Source: Verrucomicrobia bacterium UBA6982
GTDB taxonomy: Bacteria > Verrucomicrobiota > Kiritimatiellia > RFP12 > UBA3636
Length of the DNA stretch: 64,000 nucleotides
Assembly (NCBI GenBank): GCA_002448475.1
Contig: DJYI01000049.1
Location: 5,475-69,474, forward strand
Direction: 5' to 3'
The notes beneath the pieces were generated by a model. That model was not told the DNA's origin and did not search any database. It saw only the letters and a list, made by a program, of their open reading frames with translations. Position numbers and translations under genes: made by a program. This document shows, piece by piece, positions 15,086 to 23,371 of this stretch. Position 1 is the first letter of the stretch; every line of letters begins with the position of its first letter.

Positions 15086-17005
15086 TCACCGGATGACCAT
15101 GGTGAAGGCCAGCCCCCCGGCGCATTCCAGGGCTCCCATGTCCACGCCGCTGTATTTCACGCGCTTGTTGCCGAGGATGTCTGTCTCGTTCTGTTGCCCG
15201 TCGAGCAATAAGCCACTGTCGCGGCAAGGCGAACCCGGCTTGATAGCAAACGCCGACGGGGAAAATCCAACAATTACCGTAGGATGATCAGTAACCGTCA
15301 CGCCCTCGAACTTCGGGTCCTTGTCCTCGCCGCTGATGCAGCCTGTCTGGTTTTCAACCGTCCCGATGCGCCAGAAAGAGTTGACTGCGGAGGGGATGTA
15401 TTCCACGCTCCCGGCAATGCAGTTCGTCATATAGGTGCGGGAAACCTGTGCCGAGCTGTTGTCGTTGCCCCAGACCGTGCAGTTGACGGCAACCGCTTCA
15501 GCTTCCCCGGCATCCGCGCCGATGCCGCTCGCCGCGAGCGGGTTAATCAACTCGTTGCGGTTCCCGTACACAAGCGTTCCGTAGTGGGAACCCTTGCAGA
15601 TCGCGTAATACATTGCCGCACGATTTCCGACGGCGATGCAGTTGCGGGTGTTGGCGTTGTATGTCGCGCCACCCTCGGCGGCGTATGCGTAGTTGTTCGT
15701 CATCACGCAGTTCTCCAGATATCCGCTGAACGCGGCGCCGCCGTATTTGGCGCTGTTCCCGGCGAAAACGCAGTTCGTCGCAAGAGATCCGAATGCGCCG
15801 CCGCCAAAGACACGGTAGTCTTCGCCGCTGGCGGCGTTGTTCAGGATCTCGCATCCCGTCAGGCTGCTGCACGCCGCGCCAGCGCCGCCGTTGTAGCTGG
15901 TGTTGCCCTCGATGACCGAATCGACGACCTCGCAATCCATCACGCCGCCGCCCGCGCCGACGCTATAGTCGTGACCGTAGTTCTCAAACACGAACGCTGT
16001 CGGTCGCGTGGATGCATTGCCCCTGACGTCGCAGTTGGAGACGACACACTGGTAGGCGCCGCCACCCAGCCCGCCTCCTTCGGGGTCGGTGTAGGCGGCC
16101 GTGTTTCCGACGAGTGTGCAATCAAAGAGCTGGCAGTAATCGCGAGTGCCGTAGATTGGCGCCGCGCCCGCCCCGCCGCCGTATGTTGAGCGGTTCCAGC
16201 CAATCAGGCAGTTGTATGCCTTGGTCACGCACACCGGCAGGTCAAGGGTGCCATTCTGCCTGCCGCCGGCGATGCCGCCGCCGCAGAAGCCCGCATAGTT
16301 GTTGGTGACCACGCAATCGTGGAGAACGGCGTGGAAGACTCCGCCGCCCGACCCCTCGACTTTCAAATACCATTCCGGGTCGTCATAGCCCGGAGTCCCC
16401 ATGTTGTGGCGAACCTCGTTGTTGCGAATCACGCAGTCGAGCCACAGGCCGCCGAAGTTCGCCCCCGTGTAGAGCGCCGAGCAATTCTCCACCACGCAGT
16501 TGGAGGCTGTGAACGCAGCTTCGGGATTGCCGATGAAACCGCCATCCATGCAGAAGCCCGCGCCCTGGTAGTCCGTGTAGCCGCCGGAAACAGTCAGGTC
16601 GCGGATGACGTGCCCTCCTACGGATGGTAAGCAGTAAAAGATGCGCATCCCGTCCGTTGCGGGAGACCCGACAAGTCGCACGTCCTCAGGGTTGCCGCTT
16701 TCGCCAACGAACGTCACGCCGCTGACCTGCGGAACGAGGTAGACACCTGAACCATAAGAGGGATAGGGGCTCTTGCTCTTGTCGAGGTTGTATGTTCCGA
16801 CGGCAAGATGGATGGTGTCGCCACTGGCGACCTGGCCGTTGTAGAGGACATTCATGACGTCGCCCCGATCCGAGGGTGATGTGCCGTTGCCGGTGCCGCC
16901 GGGGGCGACATACCAGTCGGAGGCGGTGGCAGTGAGCGTGAACGACGCGGTGGTGACGGCCAGCGACGCGAGCCGCGTCGATAGTGGATGACGATTCGAG
17001 TTCAT
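15086..17005 (-). CDS. Secreted right-handed parallel beta-helix repeat protein (pectate-lyase-superfamily-like), C-terminus ...GGLAFTMVIR*.
   Basis: Signal peptide MNSNRHPLSTRLASLAVTTASFTLTATA. More than 10 repeats of the type C..NN..(x)GGA (NCVFAGNSAKYGGAAF, ENCVMTNNYAYAAEGGATY, and so on). Confidence 0.7.
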   Translation of the reverse strand: MNSNRHPLSTRLASLAVTTASFTLTATASDWYVAPGGTGNGTSPSDRGDVMNVLYNGQVASGDTIHLAVGTYNLDKSKSPYPSYGSGVYLVPQVSGVTFVGESGNPEDVRLVGSPATDGMRIFYCLPSVGGHVIRDLTVSGGYTDYQGAGFCMDGGFIGNPEAAFTASNCVVENCSALYTGANFGGLWLDCVIRNNEVRHNMGTPGYDDPEWYLKVEGSGGGVFHAVLHDCVVTNNYAGFCGGGIAGGRQNGTLDLPVCVTKAYNCLIGWNRSTYGGGAGAAPIYGTRDYCQLFDCTLVGNTAAYTDPEGGGLGGGAYQCVVSNCDVRGNASTRPTAFVFENYGHDYSVGAGGGVMDCEVVDSVIEGNTSYNGGAGAACSSLTGCEILNNAASGEDYRVFGGGAFGSLATNCVFAGNSAKYGGAAFSGYLENCVMTNNYAYAAEGGATYNANTRNCIAVGNRAAMYYAICKGSHYGTLVYGNRNELINPLAASGIGADAGEAEAVAVNCTVWGNDNSSAQVSRTYMTNCIAGSVEYIPSAVNSFWRIGTVENQTGCISGEDKDPKFEGVTVTDHPTVIVGFSPSAFAIKPGSPCRDSGLLLDGQQNETDILGNKRVKYSGVDMGALECAGGLAFTMVIR

Positions 17006-17181
17006 GGTGTTTTGCCTTCTGTTCGCACCGGAGCCGGAATGGCCCCACACCTGCGTGACGGGGGCAATGATAGCACTCCGCAACGGTAGAAGTGTTCATT
17101 TCGGGAAAAATAGTTTTGAGGTGGTGATTCGGTGTTGCGACGCGGGCGACCGTCAAATACAATGGAGGCGTTCCGGCGCTG

Positions 17182-17352
17182 ATGTCGCTTTACATGGAGA
17201 AATACAAGGACGCCAACGAATACGCGGCTCTGCGCAGCATGACGTATTTCGAAGACGCCGAGAAGCAGCCTCTTCCCAACATGCTCATGCCGTTCGACTG
17301 GGAGGAGGCGAAGGCCACGATTCGCGAGGCCGTCCGGGCGTATGCCCGATAG
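17182..17352 (+). CDS. Unannotated small ORF (56 aa): MSLYMEKYKDANEYAALRSMTYFEDAEKQPLPNMLMPFDWEEAKATIREAVRAYAR.
   Basis: Not in the ORF track (below 60 aa). Strong GC3 codon bias, GGAGG 8-12 nt upstream of ATG, located in a divergent intergenic region. Confidence 0.4.
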   Translation: MSLYMEKYKDANEYAALRSMTYFEDAEKQPLPNMLMPFDWEEAKATIREAVRAYAR

Positions 17353-17371
17353 GGGCGCCCGAGTTCCCCCC

Positions 17372-18577
17372 CTATGTGTGAGAATTCTCCTTCCTCCACT
17401 CCCGCAGGGACTTTCCCATGCGAGCGCGGAAGACGCGCCGGAGTTCCACGCCGGAGCCGAAGCCGCAGAAGTCGGCGATGGCCCCGATGGCCGTGTCGGT
17501 GCCGGAGAGAAGCGCGAAGACCTTCTCCAGGCGGACGTACTGGATTTCGTCGAGGACGGAATGCCCCGTCGCCTCGCGGAAGCGCAGGTTGAAGAGTCGG
17601 CGCGAGCAGCGGAAGCGCCTGGCAAGCGTCATGGCCGTGAGGCCGTCGCACGCCTCGCGCCGGATCATCTCGACCGCCTCCAGGACGAACTTCTCGCGCC
17701 GCCCCGCGCCGCCGGTGGAGCGTCGACGCACGGCGAGGAGCGGGGCGATGAAAAAGGTTTTTGGATCACACGGAGCCACAGAGACACGGAGATTTGCATT
17801 TCGGCTCCGTGTCTCCGTGTCTCTGTGTGAGGTCTTGTTCCCGATCATCCTCGCCGCGACATATCCGGCGCGCTCATGGTCGAGCTGGATGCTTGAAATG
17901 GCCGGTTCGGACGTCTCGCAGACCGTGAGGTCGTTGTCGACACCAAGCAGCGTCAGTTCACGCGGGATGTCGCGCCGGGAAGCCTTCGCGGCGGCCACGA
18001 CTTCGGTGGCAATGCGGTCGTTGACGGCGAAGATGGCGGTCTTTTGCGGCAGTTCCTCCACGAATCGGGCAAGACGTTCCATCCTCTTGATCTCCGGCTC
18101 TTCGCGGAACGGGAACGTGTGGCACGACATTCCGGCTTCCCCGCAAAGTGCGGAGAAGGCGTCGATCCGCTTTCCAGCCCATTCGACATCCCAGCAAGCG
18201 CCGACCACCGCATACGCGGCGGGGCGCCCGGCGGAGAGTTCTTGGAAGGCAGCGCGCGCGACGGCCTCGTTGTCGGCCGAGACGCGGACGATCCGGCCTC
18301 CGTAGAGCGACGGTGCGGCGTGGAGATAGACGACCGGAACGCGCCCGAACAGGCGCGGCGGGAGATGCGAGTTGCCGTCCGAGCACTCGACCACGCAGCC
18401 CGCGACGGGGCGGTGCGCCCCGAGCAGCGGGGCGATGTCCTCCGGGCGCGATTCCTGCCACGGCACGGATCGAACCTCCCATCCCAGCGCTCCGGCGTAG
18501 CGCCGGATGCCGGCGAGCGTTATCGCCTGGATGCGGTCGCCTTTGGCGGTGTTGAGGTATAGGATGGTCGAAGGCAT
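17372..18577 (-). CDS. XylR-like transcriptional regulator: periplasmic-binding-protein-fold sugar-sensing N-domain plus C-terminal AraC-family helix-turn-helix.
   Basis: C-terminal AraC signature ...LTAMTLARRFRCSRRLFNLRFREATGHSVLDEIQYVRLEKV...FCGFGS..LRRVFRARMGKS. Paralog of 27021..28220. The start was trimmed to MPSTILYLN (18577). Confidence 0.75.
   Translation of the reverse strand: MPSTILYLNTAKGDRIQAITLAGIRRYAGALGWEVRSVPWQESRPEDIAPLLGAHRPVAGCVVECSDGNSHLPPRLFGRVPVVYLHAAPSLYGGRIVRVSADNEAVARAAFQELSAGRPAAYAVVGACWDVEWAGKRIDAFSALCGEAGMSCHTFPFREEPEIKRMERLARFVEELPQKTAIFAVNDRIATEVVAAAKASRRDIPRELTLLGVDNDLTVCETSEPAISSIQLDHERAGYVAARMIGNKTSHRDTETRSRNANLRVSVAPCDPKTFFIAPLLAVRRRSTGGAGRREKFVLEAVEMIRREACDGLTAMTLARRFRCSRRLFNLRFREATGHSVLDEIQYVRLEKVFALLSGTDTAIGAIADFCGFGSGVELRRVFRARMGKSLREWRKENSHT
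17766..17830. repeat. 65-bp perfect-stem palindromic element inserted in frame in the XylR-like gene (interdomain region).
   Basis: CACACGGAGCCACAGAGACACGGAG atttgcattt CGGCTCCGTGTCTCCGTGTCTCTGTGTG. It shares the CAGAGAC(G/A)CGGAG motif with the element at 1584..1696. It encodes ...SHRDTETRSRNANLRVSVAP.... Confidence 0.7.
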
Positions 18578-18657
18578 CGTCACATCGCATGGCGAATGAC
18601 TGGCGGAAGAGTCATCTTGGGTAGTCCTGGCCGCAAAACCGACGGAGTCCGCCGTCG

Positions 18658-20232
18658 CTACAGCCCGACGACGTGGATGGTCTTGCCGCCGAACGCCACG
18701 TCGCGGTTGAAGAGCTTTTCGTCCCAGGACTTGCCGGAGTCGTCGTCGAAGACCGGCATCCAGCCTTCGGCGAGACCGAGGGAACCGAGGTAGTCGGCGA
18801 GCTGCGCGTAGGACTTCTCCCCGGCGAAGTTCTTCGAGGTCTTGACCTCGATCGCGTAGCGCTTGCCCCGATACTCCACGCAGAGGTCGAGGCGGCGGGA
18901 CCCCAGCGCCATTTCGCGCAGGATGTGCCCGTCGCCGTTCGTGACGCGCTGCAGGAACGCCATGAGGACGAGGTGCGGCAGCGCCTCCTGGTAGTCGTGA
19001 GGGTTGCGGAGGACGCCGCTGTTTTCGCGCCAGAACGCCTGGAACGCCGCCATGAGTCCGGGCATGTCGAGACCGTCGGGCAACGCCCAAGGCGTCTGCG
19101 GAACGGACTTCACCATGTCGTCCTGCGTATCGCGGGTGAGATAGCGCCCGATGATTTCCGCATACATCCGGTTGGACGGGACGAGTTCGCGCAAGTCGTT
19201 TTCCCGCATGAGGCCAAGGTCGATGACGAACCGGTAGTCCTCGCTGTCACGGGATACCGGGCTGGCGCCGCCGAAGATGACGGGTTCGACCACACGCCGG
19301 ACGCGCGGCTCGCGGAGGCGCTCCATGAGGCTGTCCACGTGCGTGTCGCGGCGTCGAATGATCGTCTCCTTGGCCGTTTCCACGTCGGCCGCGGTAATCG
19401 GGGCCGCGTAGTCGAAGGAGTGGATTTCCTCGACGCACTCGCGGGCGATGGCATTGACGAGCCAAGGTTGGCCGCGCGTGAACTCCCAGACCCGATCGAG
19501 CGCTTCCTTTTCGAAGACCTGCCCCGTCGCCACGGTGTGCTGCGCGTAGAGGGCGGCGATCTCAGCCTCCGTGAAGTTGCGAAGCATCAGGTCCTTGGTG
19601 ATGATGTTGAAGGGGCTGATCTGGCCGCGCGACTCCCCGTCGGGGCGAATCTGGGCCTTGTAGTCGCGCACGTCCAGCATCCCGATCAGGGCGATGGAGG
19701 CTGGGAACGGAACAGAATCGCGGTTTACGTATCCGTCGCGAAGCTGGCGCAGGAAGGAGATCAGCACATTTCCCGCGAGGCAGTCCGCCTCGTCAAAGAA
19801 CACCACGAGCGGCTTCCTTACGCGGCGGCAAAGCGAGGTCAAAACCTCCCTGACGGCGAGGGACTCGGCGGCATACGTCGGGCCGGATTCCTCGACGCGC
19901 GGCAGTTCGCCGGATTCGGGAAAGTATTCCGGGAGCGTGTTCCGGGCCGCGAAAAGGAGCAGCCCGCGGATGGCGTCGGCGGAGCGGGCCGAATCCGTGG
20001 CGTTCTGGAGCGTTTCCAGCGTGCAGTAGAGCGCAACCCTTTCCCCCTTGGCGTTGATTTCGCGGACGAGCGCCTTGACGGTTGTCGTCTTGCCCGTCTG
20101 CCGCGGTGCGTGGATGACGAAATACGTCTCCTGCTCGACAAGGCGCCGAATTTCCGGCATCCGGTCGAGAGCGGGCAGCATGTAATGCTTGGCGGGGAAG
20201 CAGGGGCCCGCAACGTTGAAGTATTTTTCCAT
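18658..20232 (-). CDS. AAA-ATPase (PF09820-like) with a C-terminal PD-(D/E)XK nuclease-like domain (PDDEXK_9-like).
   Basis: Walker A HAPRQTGKTTTV. C-terminal RLDLCVEYRGKRYAIEVKTS (D...E.K). 524 aa. Confidence 0.8.
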   Translation of the reverse strand: MEKYFNVAGPCFPAKHYMLPALDRMPEIRRLVEQETYFVIHAPRQTGKTTTVKALVREINAKGERVALYCTLETLQNATDSARSADAIRGLLLFAARNTLPEYFPESGELPRVEESGPTYAAESLAVREVLTSLCRRVRKPLVVFFDEADCLAGNVLISFLRQLRDGYVNRDSVPFPASIALIGMLDVRDYKAQIRPDGESRGQISPFNIITKDLMLRNFTEAEIAALYAQHTVATGQVFEKEALDRVWEFTRGQPWLVNAIARECVEEIHSFDYAAPITAADVETAKETIIRRRDTHVDSLMERLREPRVRRVVEPVIFGGASPVSRDSEDYRFVIDLGLMRENDLRELVPSNRMYAEIIGRYLTRDTQDDMVKSVPQTPWALPDGLDMPGLMAAFQAFWRENSGVLRNPHDYQEALPHLVLMAFLQRVTNGDGHILREMALGSRRLDLCVEYRGKRYAIEVKTSKNFAGEKSYAQLADYLGSLGLAEGWMPVFDDDSGKSWDEKLFNRDVAFGGKTIHVVGL

Positions 20233-20259
20233 GTTGGCCTCCGTGTCGTGACGCCGCCA

Positions 20260-20288
20260 ATGCTACCACAACGTCGGCCGAGTGGCAA
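20260..20288 (-). promoter_or_regulatory. Putative sigma70 promoter for the AAA-ATPase gene: -35 TTGCCA, 17-bp spacer, extended -10 TGGTAGCAT.
   Basis: Read on the minus strand. The same TGGTAGCAT/TGGTAGAAT element is found upstream of the fragmented ATPase copy (about 11606) and of the ABC operon (63619). Confidence 0.4.
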
Positions 20289-20327
20289 AGCCGCCCGGGC
20301 GAATTTGCCGGAATCAGCGATTCGGCG

Positions 20328-21260
20328 TCAATGATCCGGCCGCAGAATCCAAGGGTCGCCGATCTGCGCGTCGTTCACGAAATCGCGACGAAGGATTTCG
20401 ATGCGGCCGGGAAACACATCGACGAGCAGTCCCTGCGCGAACGGAACGCCGCCCTCCCAGCCCAGCACGGCGGCGCGAGAGGCCGCAGTTTTCTCCGGCT
20501 CTCCCGGCCAGAAGCCGTAGCTCAGCGAGGCCGTCGCGATGGATGTGAACGCGCCGCGCCAGACGGCGTCCGCGCCTGTGATCGGGATGTGCGAATGGCC
20601 TGAAAAGGCGACGGCGTTCGGGAATCGGGACAGGATGCGCGTGGAAGTCCCGTCGTCGCATCCCGGCGCACCGGGCCCGTAAACCGTGTCCCTGGGGTGG
20701 GGGTGCTGGACGTAGAAGAAGGGCCTGTCCGACGGGAGGGTGGCGGCGTTTTCGGCAAACCACGCTTCGAGGCCGTCGGGACTCCGCCACGCGCTGTGGC
20801 CGCCAATGAAGTCGAATCCCTTCACGCGCTTGCGCCAGATCGGCGCGAACGGTTCGCCGAAGCACCGCTCCCATGCCTTGTCAAAGCCGACGTTCCGGAT
20901 GCGCAGCGGTTCCGCCTCCTCGCGCGAAACGCCGTGGAAGTCGAAGGCCGCGTCCATCCACTTGTCGCGGTAGTCGAGGCCGTCGTAGTCGTGGTTGCCG
21001 TAGATGAAAAGCTTTTCGACGTGACGGCCGTCCGGGGCGCGGTCGCCGGGGAACACGTCGCGCCAGGTGGCGGCGGCGTTCTCAAGCTGCGGCAATAGGC
21101 CGTGGTCGGTGAGATCGCCGGCGATCAGGACGGCGTCGACTCTCTGGTCACGATACCAGAGAAGCGCCTTCCTGAACGTGGACGCGGACGCGAGGTCGGT
21201 CAGGTGCAGGTCGCTGATGGCGGCAAAACGAAGAAGAGGGGAAGTTTCGTTCATTTGCAT
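20328..21260 (-). CDS. Calcineurin-like metallophosphoesterase.
   Basis: Motifs ISDLHL, AGDLTDHG, GNHD and GHSH. Confidence 0.75.
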   Translation of the reverse strand: MQMNETSPLLRFAAISDLHLTDLASASTFRKALLWYRDQRVDAVLIAGDLTDHGLLPQLENAAATWRDVFPGDRAPDGRHVEKLFIYGNHDYDGLDYRDKWMDAAFDFHGVSREEAEPLRIRNVGFDKAWERCFGEPFAPIWRKRVKGFDFIGGHSAWRSPDGLEAWFAENAATLPSDRPFFYVQHPHPRDTVYGPGAPGCDDGTSTRILSRFPNAVAFSGHSHIPITGADAVWRGAFTSIATASLSYGFWPGEPEKTAASRAAVLGWEGGVPFAQGLLVDVFPGRIEILRRDFVNDAQIGDPWILRPDH

Positions 21261-23344
21261 TCAAAGCGGCGCCGATACATCGTGGCGGCGACGTCGCGCG
21301 CCGCCTGCACGAGTTCGGGATACGGGGAATCGGCCACGGAAACGAATCCAACCTGGTAGTTTTCGCCGTCGGGGCGCCCGGTAAGCGCCTGGTCCATCCA
21401 CTGGAACCAGTGGGTCCCGACGTATCGCGGGTGGTCGAGGCATGCGCCGACGTAGGCGCGATAGCAGTCCGCGCGTTCGTCCTGGTCGCGCGTGGCGACG
21501 AGTCCGGTGTGGAACATCCCGCGATCCAGCGCGCCGAAGTGGAATTCGCCGCTGAGCATGGGCCTGTCCTCGGCGGCGGGCGGCAGGTCGCGCATTGGGG
21601 GGAAACCGTAGGCGTTGACGCTCACCACGTCGGCGTAGCGGGAGCACTCCTCGTAAACCACGGCGCGCCCCCAGGCGATGCGGCAGCCGAGGTAGAGGCG
21701 GTGGGGCGCGACGGACTTGATGGCGTCGCGCACGGTGCGGAAGTACTGCGCCACGACGGCGCGGTGGATGGCGGCGAGATCCGCGCCGGATCGCGTCTCG
21801 TCCGGCACGTCGGTGGCGGCGAGGAAGGCGTCCCACGAGGCGTAGCCCGTTCCCCACGCCGCGTTCAGCGCCTCGACGGCGCCGTATTTTTCCTCCAGCA
21901 GGCCGCGCGTGGCGACCTTGGCCGGCTGCGCCGCCGGCGAGCGCAGCACGGCGCGGCCGATTTCGAAGTCGTCGCTTCCCCAGCTCAGTTCGTTGTCGAC
22001 GAACCAGCCGACGCACCACGGATCATCGCCGGACGTCGCGGCCACTTCGGCGACTCCTGCGTGGCAGCTTTCGGCGAACGCCGGCGCAAAGGGATCGCGC
22101 AGCTTGCCCCACCAGCCGGTCGAGCCCTCGATCGCGGGACCTCGCGTGTTGAACTTGGCCGTGTAGGGCGTCCGGCGCATTTCGCGGATGGAAAGGTCGC
22201 TCCAGCACGCGATCGTATTGAGGCCCCAGGCGCGCATCCGCGCGTGCGCCCGCTCCGCGCACTGCGTCTTCCAGTCCGGGCCGTATTTGCGCCGGGCGTT
22301 CGCCTTTGCGAAATCGAAGAGGGCGAACGGGACGTGCGCGGAGTCCCTGTAGAATCCGTGCGCGGCTGGCCGGTCCTGGACGGACCAGAATTCGCCGAAG
22401 TCCGGATCGTCCTTCGGCGGCAGATGGGAAAAATAGTTTTCGCGAAAACTATAACCCGTCGCCGCGCCAGTGGCGACGGCATTCACGCCATGCGAAAAGA
22501 AGAGATGTCCTTCGGGATCGACGAACCACCACTTGCCATTGACCTTCTCCGTGCGAAAGAAGCCCGTCGCCGCGAGCTGGGGTCCTCCGGCCCAGCCGCC
22601 ATACTGGTCAAGGTCCCGCGCCGGGCCCTCCGCGTTCGCCGCCAGCCACGCATCCTCGGCTTCGCGCGCGGCGGCGAGATCGGCGTCGCCGTGGACTTTC
22701 CCCGGCCAGTCGTCGTGGGCGAACTGGCCGTAGCGGTCGACGAAAGGCAGGAACGTCGCGGCGGGAAGGATCTTCTGCTCCGCGCCGTCGTCCGATACGG
22801 CGACGCCGCGAACGGCGAAGCCGCCCGGATTGCCATCCTGCTTGAGGAAGATGTGGAAGGAGCAAACGCGGCGCAAGTCGAACGTGCTGCCCTGGCCTGG
22901 CGCCTTCGGGAAGCCGCGCATTCCGACAAGTTCCAGCGGGGCGTCGAGCGCCCACGGCATATTCTTGAGATCGACGCGCAATTCGCCGGCGGCATGCGGC
23001 GCGAGGTTGACGCTACCGCCGGGGGTCTGGCCCTGCACGGTCTCGCCCTTGACGCTGAGCTGCACCTTTTCGGCGCGGTCGGTGATGTTGCTCACCGAAA
23101 CGACAACGCTCCCGTAGGAGGAAAGGTCGCGTTCGCCGGCGAGAAAGTCCATGCGGACTCCGGGAAACGCGGCTTCCACGCCAGTGCGCACCTCGGCCGC
23201 GCCATCCGCCGACATCACAAGGGCCGAATCGGGCTGCGCGCGCAATTCCGTTTCGCCGGACGGCCACAGGACGACACCATCCGCCGCCGCCGCCGACAAC
23301 GCGGCGGCGGCGAGCGTGGTCGCTGCTGGCATGGCAAGGTTCAT
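21251..23344 (-). CDS. Secreted clan GH-A glycoside hydrolase, paralog of 11929..13710, with an extra N-terminal beta-sandwich.
   Basis: Signal peptide. WWFVDPEGHLFFSHGVN, VDNELSWG, LSGEFHFG, and HWFQWMDQ..GRPDGENYQ. Confidence 0.65.
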   Translation of the reverse strand: MNLAMPAATTLAAAALSAAAADGVVLWPSGETELRAQPDSALVMSADGAAEVRTGVEAAFPGVRMDFLAGERDLSSYGSVVVSVSNITDRAEKVQLSVKGETVQGQTPGGSVNLAPHAAGELRVDLKNMPWALDAPLELVGMRGFPKAPGQGSTFDLRRVCSFHIFLKQDGNPGGFAVRGVAVSDDGAEQKILPAATFLPFVDRYGQFAHDDWPGKVHGDADLAAAREAEDAWLAANAEGPARDLDQYGGWAGGPQLAATGFFRTEKVNGKWWFVDPEGHLFFSHGVNAVATGAATGYSFRENYFSHLPPKDDPDFGEFWSVQDRPAAHGFYRDSAHVPFALFDFAKANARRKYGPDWKTQCAERAHARMRAWGLNTIACWSDLSIREMRRTPYTAKFNTRGPAIEGSTGWWGKLRDPFAPAFAESCHAGVAEVAATSGDDPWCVGWFVDNELSWGSDDFEIGRAVLRSPAAQPAKVATRGLLEEKYGAVEALNAAWGTGYASWDAFLAATDVPDETRSGADLAAIHRAVVAQYFRTVRDAIKSVAPHRLYLGCRIAWGRAVVYEECSRYADVVSVNAYGFPPMRDLPPAAEDRPMLSGEFHFGALDRGMFHTGLVATRDQDERADCYRAYVGACLDHPRYVGTHWFQWMDQALTGRPDGENYQVGFVSVADSPYPELVQAARDVAATMYRRRFECK

Positions 23345-23371
23345 CTGGACCCGATTCTAGCGCACGACCAT

